DNA from: a virus
Taxonomy: Duplodnaviria; Caudoviricetes
Reading direction: 5' to 3' (one strand)
IMG/VR virus record: IMGVR_UViG_3300025571_000006
Span: 1 to 44,990 of that record
DNA: 44,990 bases
Shown: positions 1 through 7,875 of the stretch, piece after piece
Position numbering within the stretch: position 1 is the first letter of the stretch
Layout of the letters: every line of letters begins with the position of its first letter
Notes under the pieces: generated by a model
Database searches by the model: none
What the model saw: only the letters and a program-made list of their open reading frames with translations
Told to the model about the DNA's origin: nothing
Translations under genes and position numbers: made by a program

Positions 1-34
1 TCAGCGCCACCACAGCGAACGACACGTTCGCCGC

Positions 35-127
<93 letters not shown>

Positions 128-160
128 CCAAAGACTTGGTAGACAGCCCCATCTGGGGCG

Positions 161-193
161 AGTCTGAACTCGGCCGGCGAGTTCAGACTTTTG
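161..193. repeat. 12-bp inverted repeat AGTCTGAACTCG/CGAGTTCAGACT; putative integrase arm-type sites and/or terminator between tRNA and int
   Basis: Perfect arms 161-172 and 178-189 followed by TTT; the same motif recurs near attR. Confidence 0.7.
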
Positions 194-197
194 TGCT

Positions 198-1403
198 TCA
201 GGCGTTCCCATCCCGCAGTTTTCGGCGCCCTTCGCGTCGCGCGTCGTGGACCTGTCGGATTACCGTGAGGTTGGGCGGGACGTAGGTTTCATAGAGCTGG
301 TTGGAGGCGGCCAGGGTGTTGCCCATGGCGAGAGCCAGCTGCTCCGCCTCGGCGCCGCCAGTGATGGCCTCGACGGCGCCCGAGCGGCGGATATCGAGCA
401 GTTGCCTTCTCTCGCCGTCCCCGAACACCGCTGCGCGGATCGCGCGGAAATCGGCAGCCATGGTGTCCTTGGTGTAGGGGACACTCGGACGCGGCCGCCC
501 GCCCTTTGCGGTGGGCTCGGACAGCCCGCGGGTGCGCAGGATCGGCGCGTCGTCGTGCAGCACAACGCCGAGGCTCGAGAGGTACGCCTGCAGCAACGCG
601 GCGGTGCGGCGCGACAGGATGCCGCCGACAGGCGCGTTCGTCTTGCCGCGTTGGGTGAAGAACGTTGCACCGGTAGCGGTCTTTGACAGCTGCCGAAGGG
701 TGAGGGCGCGGACATCGCCGGGGGAGAGCTGGCTGTCCCACATGATGGCGAGCCCCACTGCCAGGCCTCGGTAGCCCTGCCGCCATGCCTCCTTGGCCAG
801 GCGGGCGACTTCGCCCTCGCTCCACGTGCTCGAGCGCCCCTTTGCGGCCTTGTTGCGGACTGCGAGGGACGGGTCCGCGTCGCGATCGCAGTAGTGGAGG
901 GCGGCGGCCACCTTCCACAGGGCGCGCCAGATCTTCAGGGCGCGGTGCGCCTCGCGTAACGAGACCGATTCCTCGATCGCCTTGCGCCAGGCGCTCATGT
1001 CCTCGAGCGTGACCGTGCACGGATCCACGTCGCCAAAGACCGGTTTGATGCGCTTCCATCCGCGCCACCAGTCTTCCCGCGTGCGCGCTTTCTTGGCGGA
1101 GCGCCATTCGTCGGTCTGCCGATAGCGGCGAAACGCCTCTCCGAGAGAGCCAGGGGGATAGAACGTCATCTCTTCGGACATCTCGGGCGAGAGGTGGCCG
1201 TCGGCGCCGGCGACCGGCAGCGGCGCAAGACCTCGGCGCGCCGCCTGCCATCGTGCGTTCCATTCAGAGGCGATTTTCCATGCTGCAGGGCCGTCCGGGC
1301 CGCACCGCACCGTCTGGAAGCCAAGGGAGCGCATCTTGCGGGTCGGCTGCCAATAGCCGCGCCCCTTGACGACGACGTAGTAGGGTATCTTCACGTTACC
1401 CAC
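198..1403 (-). CDS. int: Tyrosine recombinase / phage integrase with atypical catalytic motifs
   Basis: Adjacent to att; QRGKT, LDIRRSG, MGN and C-terminal Tyr spaced like the integrase boxes; GTG 1403 overlaps the xis-like stop. Confidence 0.88.
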   Translation of the reverse strand: MGNVKIPYYVVVKGRGYWQPTRKMRSLGFQTVRCGPDGPAAWKIASEWNARWQAARRGLAPLPVAGADGHLSPEMSEEMTFYPPGSLGEAFRRYRQTDEWRSAKKARTREDWWRGWKRIKPVFGDVDPCTVTLEDMSAWRKAIEESVSLREAHRALKIWRALWKVAAALHYCDRDADPSLAVRNKAAKGRSSTWSEGEVARLAKEAWRQGYRGLAVGLAIMWDSQLSPGDVRALTLRQLSKTATGATFFTQRGKTNAPVGGILSRRTAALLQAYLSSLGVVLHDDAPILRTRGLSEPTAKGGRPRPSVPYTKDTMAADFRAIRAAVFGDGERRQLLDIRRSGAVEAITGGAEAEQLALAMGNTLAASNQLYETYVPPNLTVIRQVHDARREGRRKLRDGNA

Positions 1404-1686
1404 CGTTGCGCAGCCCCGCGATGCGTTGCCGGACGACCTGAGAAGCATCGCGGGCCACGGGCGGCGCAGTCAAGGTGGCCGCCTGGTCAGGGAAAAGGTG
1501 CGGGTGCCGGCGGTGGCGCCACCGGTCGATTGCCTCAAGATCGTAATTCCCCGTGTCTGGGTCCGCTGGCGGGAAGCCGCGGGAAAGCAGGCGGGGCAGG
1601 CGGTATTCGAACTCTGCCGGGGTGAGGCCGAGGCGCCGGGCGGCAACGCTGGGCGGTACATCCAAGGGCTCAACACGGAAGCGCAC
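1396..1686 (-). CDS. Putative excisionase (small HTH protein)
   Basis: Directly upstream of int; AARRLGL...RGFP..DP.TG.YDLEAIDRW; GGAGA RBS before GTG. Confidence 0.65.
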   Translation of the reverse strand: MRFRVEPLDVPPSVAARRLGLTPAEFEYRLPRLLSRGFPPADPDTGNYDLEAIDRWRHRRHPHLFPDQAATLTAPPVARDASQVVRQRIAGLRNGG

Positions 1687-2062
1687 TGCAGGTCTCCCAA
1701 AGCTGTGGCATCCACACGTCGGCCGGACCGTCATAGTCGATGAGCGTCACGATGGCCCGACGGACGTGGGGCAGAAAGCGGGCGTAGGTCTTGGCGCCGC
1801 CGGCAATCCAGATGGAGCGGCCGGGGTGATTGCAGGCAACGTCCTCGAGGAAGGCCGCAGGCTCCTGGCCGAGCCACGGCACGACCGTCCTGTCCGGCAG
1901 CGCGCCGACGATGCGCGCGGTGCGAAAGCCCATGACGATCACGCCGCCGAGCGTCTGCTGGCGGAACCACGCCAAATCTTCGGGCTCGTGCCACGGCAGG
2001 TGCCCCGCGAGGCCGAGCTGTCCGCGCCGCCCGACGGCGGCGATGAGGCGGACATCGATCAT
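1670..2062 (-). CDS. Dihydrofolate reductase (short, 130 aa)
   Basis: LIAAV..RGQLG..GHLPWHEPEDLAWF...T, VIVMG.RT, LPDR, WIAGGAKTY, D.W.P motifs. Confidence 0.88.
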   Translation of the reverse strand: MIDVRLIAAVGRRGQLGLAGHLPWHEPEDLAWFRQQTLGGVIVMGFRTARIVGALPDRTVVPWLGQEPAAFLEDVACNHPGRSIWIAGGAKTYARFLPHVRRAIVTLIDYDGPADVWMPQLWETCSALPC

Positions 2063-2535
2063 CCAGCGCCTCCACACCAGTCGATGCGCCTCGGGCACCG
2101 TCCGCCGTGGCAGTGGTAGGGCACGGCGTGCCCCGCTGCGATCATCAGCCGCGCCACGTCGTGCCCGTCCACGTAGACACGGGCCAGCGTGCGACCGTAG
2201 CGGTCACGGCCCTGGCGCCGGATGGCGATGTGGCCGGCGTCGAGCAGGTAGCGCAGGTGTTCGGTGGCGCGGTGTCCGCGCTGTCGCTCGCTCTCGCAGC
2301 GGGCCTGATAGGTCTCCGGCGCGTCGAGGCCCACGATGCGGATCGCCTCATCGCCGACGTAGATCGTGTCGCCATCGACCGCGACGATCCGGCTCTCGGA
2401 GGCTCTGGCGGCCGTCAGGGCGGCGTAGATGACGAGGCAGCACACGACAATGCCGCCGAGGGCCCACGCGGCGCGTCTGCGGAATTGCCGGGGGCCTGTG
2501 GGCGGTAGGTGATAGCCTGGAGTGCGCATCAGCAT
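2059..2535 (-). CDS. Thermonuclease (SNase) family protein with N-terminal TM anchor
   Basis: VDGDTI, IRIVGLDAPE, DRYGRTLARV, MIAAGHA motifs. Confidence 0.9.
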   Translation of the reverse strand: MLMRTPGYHLPPTGPRQFRRRAAWALGGIVVCCLVIYAALTAARASESRIVAVDGDTIYVGDEAIRIVGLDAPETYQARCESERQRGHRATEHLRYLLDAGHIAIRRQGRDRYGRTLARVYVDGHDVARLMIAAGHAVPYHCHGGRCPRRIDWCGGAG

Positions 2536-2548
2536 TGGCGGGATCCTC

Positions 2549-2881
2549 TCATGAGGGATTCGCGAGCATCAGCAGCACGTCCGCATGGCATGGCTGGTCC
2601 AGCCCACACCCGCAGGCCAGGTTCTTGCCGCGCAAATTGCCGATCTCCTCGCAGATGAGCCGCAGGCTTTCGCGGGCGGCTTCGTAGGTCTCCCGGCCGA
2701 AGGTGATGGGCACGTAGCCGCGGGCGAGTTGCGCAAACAGCGCGACGCACTCGGCCTGAGTGCCGTGCTTGCCGGCGACGAACGGGTTGCCCCAGCGGGT
2801 GGAGCGGTCAACCTTCACCGTGTCGGGCGGCAGACGCCAGCCCTTGCGACGGGAGAGCTGGACCCTGACGGGCGAAGGCAT
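2549..2881 (-). CDS. DUF4326 domain protein
   Basis: P.RVQLSRRKGWR, VDRSTRWGNPF, LRGKNLAC.C...PCHADVLL. Confidence 0.85.
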   Translation of the reverse strand: MPSPVRVQLSRRKGWRLPPDTVKVDRSTRWGNPFVAGKHGTQAECVALFAQLARGYVPITFGRETYEAARESLRLICEEIGNLRGKNLACGCGLDQPCHADVLLMLANPS

Positions 2882-3099
2882 CAGCTTTTCTCCTGCAGAA
2901 TATGTCGGATGTCGGTGGCGAGCCCTTCGAGTGCCTCGGCCACCTTGAGCTTGAGTGCCCCCTCGGCAGTGGTGACTGTCACCTCGCCACCCGACTTGCT
3001 CGGAACGGTTGTCGACATGCTCGCGGCGATCGCCCGACGGGTCTGCGCTGCCACCTCCAGCCTGTCGGCCACGAGATTCCAGGCGGCAAGGTCACACAT
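2881..3099 (-). CDS. Hypothetical phage protein
   Basis: Tiles the operon with overlapping start/stop codons. Confidence 0.6.
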   Translation of the reverse strand: MCDLAAWNLVADRLEVAAQTRRAIAASMSTTVPSKSGGEVTVTTAEGALKLKVAEALEGLATDIRHILQEKS

Positions 3100-3337
3100 G
3101 CGCGTCCTCCAAAAACAGGTCGGGCATAGGCTCGGACTCTCGGCGACGGGCCTGCTCGACGGCGCGCTTCAGCCGACGAAGCTCGCCCACCTCGGCGCGG
3201 AGGGCAGCGTGCGTAGCCGTGCGCAGCGCCTGAGCGGCCCGGCCGACGCCGCGATGGCAGCGCCGGGCCTTTTCGTAGGCGAGCCGGCAGCGCCGGCGCT
3301 CGGCCTCGAAGCGTTCGATCATGCTGAGATGGCGCAT
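3092..3337 (-). CDS. Hypothetical phage protein
   Basis: Tiles between dnaN and the next ORF. Confidence 0.6.
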   Translation of the reverse strand: MRHLSMIERFEAERRRCRLAYEKARRCHRGVGRAAQALRTATHAALRAEVGELRRLKRAVEQARRRESEPMPDLFLEDAHV

Positions 3338-3340
3338 TGG

Positions 3341-4447
3341 TCAAACCCTCATGGGCATGAGCACGATGAGCGCCTCGGCGCCATCGTGGCTCTTGATGAG
3401 GCAGGGAGAGCCGGCATCGGCGAGGGCGAGGCGCACCGTGTCGGAGGCGAGGACGCCGAGGATCTCGGAGAGGTAGCGGCCCTGGAAGCCGATGGTGAGG
3501 GGCTCGCCCTCGAAGTCGGCGACGACCTCTTCGCTCGCTTCGCCCGCGTCGGCATTGGTCACGGACAGGGTGAGGGTTCCTGGCGCGAAGTCGAGCCTCA
3601 CGCCCCGGCCGCGCTCACCGCAGAGCGTCGTCACGCGGTCGACGGCCGCCTTGAGAACTCCGCTGTCGAGGGTCGCAATCTTGTCGTTTCCCGTGGGGAT
3701 GACCCGCCGGTAGTCCGGGAAGGGGCCGTCGATGAGCTTGGAGGTGAGCGTGATGCCGGCGGCTGCGAAGCGCACCTTCGAGCCTGACACGGCAAAGTCC
3801 ATGTCGCCCTCTGCGTCGGCCGCAAGGCGGGCGAGCTCGCCAACCGTCTTGCGGGGCACAGTGACGGGTGGCATTCCGGCGGCGCCATCGGGCAGCGGCA
3901 CCGTGATGTGGGCGAGGCGGTGCCCGTCCGTCGCTGCCGCGTGAAGACAGCCTTCAGTGGCGTGCAGGTGCACGCCATTGAGGTAGTACCGCGTCTCCTC
4001 CGACGAGATCGCGAAGGTCGTGTGTGTGAGGATGCGCTGCACCGCCCTGGCCGGCAGGGCGAAACGGTGCGGCAGGTCTTCGTCGGGCAGGCCCGGCCAA
4101 TCCTCCTCGGGCAGGGACAGCAGGACGAAGCGCGAGCGGCCTGCCTTGACGAGAAGGCGGGCGCCACCCCCCTCGGCCGTCAGCTCGATCTGGCAGCCGT
4201 CAGGCAGCTTGCGGACGATGTCGTGGAAGGTGGCGGCGGGTACCGTGAGGGCGCCGGGCGCGTCAACGACGGCGGGGGCGCTGGCCTCGGCCCAGATGTC
4301 GAGGTCGGTGGCCTGGAGCCGCAGATGCCCGCCCCTGGCCTGCAGCAGCACGTTGCCGAGAATGGGGATGGTGGGGCGGCGCTCGACGATGCGGTTGAGG
4401 GCCGCGAGCGGCTTGAGCAGGGCGCCCCGATCGATGGTGATGTGCAT
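3341..4447 (-). CDS. dnaN: DNA polymerase III beta sliding clamp (368 aa)
   Basis: VERRPTIPILGNVLL, ATDLD, FAISSEETRYYLNG, ATDGHRLA, SKLIDGPFPDYRRVIP, C-terminal LMPMRV; GGAGG RBS before ATG 4447. Confidence 0.96.
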   Translation of the reverse strand: MHITIDRGALLKPLAALNRIVERRPTIPILGNVLLQARGGHLRLQATDLDIWAEASAPAVVDAPGALTVPAATFHDIVRKLPDGCQIELTAEGGGARLLVKAGRSRFVLLSLPEEDWPGLPDEDLPHRFALPARAVQRILTHTTFAISSEETRYYLNGVHLHATEGCLHAAATDGHRLAHITVPLPDGAAGMPPVTVPRKTVGELARLAADAEGDMDFAVSGSKVRFAAAGITLTSKLIDGPFPDYRRVIPTGNDKIATLDSGVLKAAVDRVTTLCGERGRGVRLDFAPGTLTLSVTNADAGEASEEVVADFEGEPLTIGFQGRYLSEILGVLASDTVRLALADAGSPCLIKSHDGAEALIVLMPMRV

Positions 4448-4461
4448 GACGGTGCCTCCGT

Positions 4462-4668
4462 TCATGCCCGGCCCAGGACCCGATCGACGAGGTCCGGCAG
4501 GTCGCGCAGCGCCGGAACGCCCCGAGCAATGTGGATGGCGGCCTCGCGCAGGTTGTTGTGCCTGATCTCGAACGCCGCACGGTCGATGTTGTCGTCGCAC
4601 GAGAGGTGGGCGACATCTTGCGGCGTGATGTCGACGTCGACCTCGACGGTTTTCGTGATGGTCGGCAT
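4462..4668 (-). CDS. Hypothetical protein (68 aa, MPTITKTVEVDVDI...)
   Basis: GGAGA RBS, operon position; 3' part of the 4462..5253 frame. Confidence 0.65.
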   Translation of the reverse strand: MPTITKTVEVDVDITPQDVAHLSCDDNIDRAAFEIRHNNLREAAIHIARGVPALRDLPDLVDRVLGRA

Positions 4669-4705
4669 GGCGACCGTTCTCCCGGAGCGGCAGTCCAGGC
4701 GCGGC

Positions 4706-5347
4706 TCACGTCGCGCGGTTGAGGGCTTGGGGACAGTAGCGGTCGAGGCGCATGAGCCACTCGTCGGCGGCCCTGGGCCACGGCCACACGGTGAGGCGGC
4801 TGCGCATGGGGACGGGCTTGGCCGCCTCCACCTCGGAGGCCCACCTGCGGCCGCACGGCACCGTGAGCTGGTCCCGCTCGGTGCGCAGCACGCGAAGGTC
4901 CATCGCCTTGACAGCTGCCGCCGTGTGGCGTGGCAGCGGCCACGGCAGGCCGGCGGCATGGTGGATGGCCTGGTCGAGGCGGGACTTGAGGCGGGAGAGC
5001 TGCATCCGCACCTCGGGCACGCGCACGGCGACCTCGCGGCCGTTGTCGACCGTGAGATGCACGCTGAGCGCCTCGACCACCGGCGTGGTGATGTCGCCGA
5101 TGAGGTACTCATGTGCGTCATGCAAAAGGAAGGCCGCGGCGAGGGTCGGGTCGCGCGTCTCGTGATAGAGTGCGTCGGCGCCGACGACGCAGTGCTGCGC
5201 GACGGAATAGGCGCCGCTGCCGACGGCGCCGCCGAAGCGCGCCACGCGGGCAAGCTGCGGCGCCACGTCGCCGCGAAAGTCGATCGCCGCCGGGTCGGGC
5301 CTGAGCAGGTCGACGATCCTGCCGGTGGTGGTCGAGAGCCAGGTCAT
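4706..5347 (-). CDS. HD-domain phosphohydrolase (YfbR/YfdR-like deoxynucleotidase)
   Basis: RFGG...YSVAQHC, LLHDAHEY.IGDITTP, DL.VL.TE motifs. Confidence 0.85.
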   Translation of the reverse strand: MTWLSTTTGRIVDLLRPDPAAIDFRGDVAPQLARVARFGGAVGSGAYSVAQHCVVGADALYHETRDPTLAAAFLLHDAHEYLIGDITTPVVEALSVHLTVDNGREVAVRVPEVRMQLSRLKSRLDQAIHHAAGLPWPLPRHTAAAVKAMDLRVLRTERDQLTVPCGRRWASEVEAAKPVPMRSRLTVWPWPRAADEWLMRLDRYCPQALNRAT

Positions 5348-5598
5348 GCGGTGTCCTTCATGCAGTCGTGGGCGGCAGCGTCCATCTGCTCGATCTCGGC
5401 GAGGATGAGGGCACCGGCGAGCACAAGGTCGCGCCGGCGATCCTCATGGCTGCGCACTGCCTCCGGCAGCGTCGAAAGGCTGGCGTAGAGGGCGGCTGCG
5501 CGGGCCATGTCGCCCCGGCAATGCGGGGCCTCGCACCGCAGCCGAGCTCGCTCAGCCATGACGTCCACCTCGGCCTGCGTCAGCGGGCGCGGGCTCAT
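5344..5598 (-). CDS. Phage hypothetical protein (RRRDLVLAGALILAEIE motif)
   Basis: Motif familiar from phage early proteins; ATGA couplings at both ends. Confidence 0.7.
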   Translation of the reverse strand: MSPRPLTQAEVDVMAERARLRCEAPHCRGDMARAAALYASLSTLPEAVRSHEDRRRDLVLAGALILAEIEQMDAAAHDCMKDTA

Positions 5599-5735
5599 GG
5601 CCGATCCTCGTCGATCTGGTCGCCGTAGAAGCCGCGGGCGGGGGCGCTGGTGCAGCGCACCCACGCGATGCCCGCAAAGAAAAGGCCGAGCCCGATAAGG
5701 ACAGTGGCGGCGATGATGGAGAGGACGTCTGCCAT
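5595..5735 (-). CDS. Small single-TM protein (46 aa), not in the ORF track
   Basis: MADVLSIIAATVLIGLGLFFAGIAWVRC...EDRP*; GGGAGG RBS; stop overlaps next ATG. Confidence 0.7.
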   Translation of the reverse strand: MADVLSIIAATVLIGLGLFFAGIAWVRCTSAPARGFYGDQIDEDRP

Positions 5736-5736
5736 C

Positions 5737-5871
5737 TCAGCCTCCCTTGCCGAGCGCACCGGCCCAAAGACCAACGGCCGAGACGAAGGCCGCGAGGCAC
5801 AGCACCTCGAAGGCGTCGCAGAGCGCGCGGCAGAGGAGGTGCCAGACCGCAGAGGCGCAGGCGGGCCACAT
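5737..5871 (-). CDS. Small hydrophobic protein (44 aa), not in the ORF track
   Basis: MWPACASAVWHLLCRALCDAFEVLCLAAFVSAVGLWAGALGKGG*; start overlaps upstream stop, fills the gap exactly. Confidence 0.6.
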   Translation of the reverse strand: MWPACASAVWHLLCRALCDAFEVLCLAAFVSAVGLWAGALGKGG

Positions 5872-6116
5872 CACGCCGCCTCGCGTCCGATCAGCCCGGC
5901 GAGGGCGCGGGCGTCGTCAGCCAGTTCAATGATCTCGGCGGAGGTAAAGCCGGCACAGGCGAGATCGTCCGCCGTGCAGCTGCCGTGCTGCAGAGCGGTC
6001 TCGTACATGACGCGCGCCATGGCAGCGACCCGCGCATTGGTGGCTGCGGCATGGAGCGCGCGGTCCTGCGCCTTGGCGTCGTGGATGGGTGTGAGGAGTG
6101 CTGTAGTTGCGAGCAT
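5871..6116 (-). CDS. Hypothetical protein, first gene of the leftward early operon
   Basis: GGAGGG RBS; directly downstream of PL/OL. Confidence 0.7.
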   Translation of the reverse strand: MLATTALLTPIHDAKAQDRALHAAATNARVAAMARVMYETALQHGSCTADDLACAGFTSAEIIELADDARALAGLIGREAA

Positions 6117-6144
6117 GAGGCCCTCCGTCAGTCGGACGGCCTAG

Positions 6145-6197
6145 ATGCTAGTAGGAAAAATCCGCACGTCAATAGGGAAAGTAGGAAATATCCCACT
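6145..6197 (-). promoter_or_regulatory. PL promoter with two operators (OL) at 6150-6167 and 6180-6197
   Basis: AGTAGGA-N4-TCCGCAC and AGTAGGA-N4-TCCCACT match the OR palindrome; minus-strand TTGACG (6172-6167)-16 nt-TAGCAT. Confidence 0.8.
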
Positions 6198-6245
6198 CAT
6201 GGGCATTGATCCTTGCGAATCGCGCATGAGGGTATGCGGCAACGC

Positions 6246-6260
6246 GTTCTTGTTGTGTTC
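6246..6260 (+). promoter_or_regulatory. Alphaproteobacterial LexA (SOS) box
   Basis: GTTC-TTGTTGT-GTTC = GTTC-N7-GTTC, 50 nt upstream of ATG 6310. Confidence 0.75.
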
Positions 6261-6309
6261 TCGTGCCGGCGTCAGATTTCGGGCTCCGTCAGGCTGTTGT
6301 GGGGATGAC

Positions 6310-6540
6310 ATGGAGAGCCTTACGCTTGGGACTAGGCGCGCCGCTACGGACGACCGGCAGTGGTGTGCTCAACTTCGGTGTAGGAGTTGTCTCGCAGAGC
6401 AATTGGTGCCGGTGCCGGCGTCCGTAGTCCGGGACGGGATCTGGCGTGGCTCGGCCTTCGTCTGCGCGGCATGCGACGGGCGGGCGGCAGTTGTCGTGGG
6501 CTTCATGATCGACCGCCGGACAGGGATGCTGGGCGCCTAG
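6310..6540 (+). CDS. Small zinc-ribbon protein (76 aa), convergent with cI
   Basis: CRSC...CAAC pairs; upstream LexA box; 3' end overlaps the cI stop by 4 nt. Confidence 0.65.
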   Translation: MESLTLGTRRAATDDRQWCAQLRCRSCLAEQLVPVPASVVRDGIWRGSAFVCAACDGRAAVVVGFMIDRRTGMLGA

Positions 6541-7274
6541 AAAAGAGGCACCTCATTCTCGATGCGGCGGACGATCGCGAGGATTCTGACCTGCCGATGG
6601 TCTTCTTCGCTCGGATCGCGTGCCAGCACGCGGGGGACGACGATCGGCTTATGTTGTTGGTTATGCGAGCGAGGATGGAATTCCGTGCGGTCCTCGTAAA
6701 GCTCGATCTGCTTGACCGACCACTCGCGGTGGTGGCCGCCATCGAGCGTCTGCTCCACGACGACGACCATGCCATCGCGCAGCGGCAAGCGCCCCCGCAG
6801 ATCCTCAAAGTCAAGGCAGACGATGCGGTCACCGGGCAGGATCGGGCGGGGCTTGAGGGCATTCATGCTGTCGCCGCCTACGTCGAACGCGACGAGCCGA
6901 ACATCTGGAAAGTCCCGGTCGCGGGTGGTGACGATGGAGGCTGGCCTGTCTTCGTCGCTGAACCAGGGGGCCTCGCGGAAGGCGCCGGCCTCCACGGTGC
7001 CCGCGACGTTGACCTCGACGAGGGGTGCGTTTGACAGGGTGAGGGGACGCTCGCTGCTCTCTCCTGTGTGCTCGGCGAGCAGGAACTCGACTGTCGTATC
7101 CAGGGCCTTCGCCAGCTTGGAGAGGTTCTGGCCTCGAACGGATTTCTTTTTCCCGGTGAGGATGTCCACGATGAAAGAGCGCTCGAGCCCGCCAAGGCGG
7201 GCGGCCTCGAACGGATTGCGCCCAAGCTCGGCCAGCCGGTCGGCAACGCGGTTGCGGAAAGTCGTTTCACCCAT
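6537..7274 (-). CDS. cI: CI-like repressor, HTH + S24 autopeptidase
   Basis: N-terminal HTH (LSKLAKALDTTVEFLL), VEAG cleavage site, GDSM serine, SVKQ lysine; divergent from cro-like gene. Confidence 0.93.
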   Translation of the reverse strand: MGETTFRNRVADRLAELGRNPFEAARLGGLERSFIVDILTGKKKSVRGQNLSKLAKALDTTVEFLLAEHTGESSERPLTLSNAPLVEVNVAGTVEAGAFREAPWFSDEDRPASIVTTRDRDFPDVRLVAFDVGGDSMNALKPRPILPGDRIVCLDFEDLRGRLPLRDGMVVVVEQTLDGGHHREWSVKQIELYEDRTEFHPRSHNQQHKPIVVPRVLARDPSEEDHRQVRILAIVRRIENEVPLF

Positions 7275-7354
7275 GACGGATTTATCCGACTTTCCAGCGG
7301 TTGACGCGAGTAGGAAGTGTCCGCTTGACGAAGTAGGAAATATCCTACTATGCT
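7274..7354. promoter_or_regulatory. OR region: three operators and probable PR
   Basis: Perfect AGTAGGA-AATA-TCCTACT (7332-7349); degenerate copies 7309-7326 and 7274-7291; TTGACG 7325-7330 and TATGCT 7349-7354. Confidence 0.85.
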
Positions 7355-7364
7355 CGGCGTCGCC

Positions 7365-7676
7365 ATGGAACATGAGCTTCGCCATCACCTGATCTCCTGC
7401 GCTCGGGCGCTTGCTGCGCACCGCGGTATCGAGCCGACGACCGTTGCGCGCCTGGCGGCCGGGGATTGGCGCTTTCTCGATCGCATCGCGTCAGGAAGTT
7501 CGTTCACGGCGCGAAAGTACGATCAAGTCATGCGGTGGTTTTCTGATCAGTGGCCCGACGACCTGCCCTGGCCCTCAGATGTGCCGCGTCCTTCGGTTCC
7601 TCCCGGCCGCCCCCCGGCCAACTTCGCCGGAGCGGAGCGCGTCTCCGCTCCGGCCTCTTCCGGGGAGGGGGCGTGA
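7365..7676 (+). CDS. Cro-like DNA-binding protein
   Basis: Divergent from cI; TTVARLAAGDWRFLDRI...WFSDQWPDDLPWPSDVPRP. Confidence 0.75.
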   Translation: MEHELRHHLISCARALAAHRGIEPTTVARLAAGDWRFLDRIASGSSFTARKYDQVMRWFSDQWPDDLPWPSDVPRPSVPPGRPPANFAGAERVSAPASSGEGA

Positions 7677-7810
7677 TGCTCGCGCATGACCGCAACGGCG
7701 GCCTTGGCAAGGGCGTAGCGCCGGAGAGCGCTGCGCAGGCGTTCTCGCGCTGCCTCGATGCGCTGCTCGCGGTCGTCGCCAGTTTGCTGCATCTGCGTGG
7801 CCCTCCGTGA
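7676..7810 (+). CDS. Small hypothetical protein (44 aa)
   Basis: ATG overlaps cro stop; GGAGG RBS. Confidence 0.4.
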   Translation: MLAHDRNGGLGKGVAPESAAQAFSRCLDALLAVVASLLHLRGPP

Positions 7811-7875
7811 TCTGACCGCCTGACTGTCCCACTGCTGAGCCTTTTTCCCAACGAAAAAGCTGAGGAGCTTTTTTC

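Noticed and set aside
7547-7792. 81-aa antisense ORF between cro and CII-like gene
   Set aside because: Overlaps cro and a coupled + strand ORF; no independent support.
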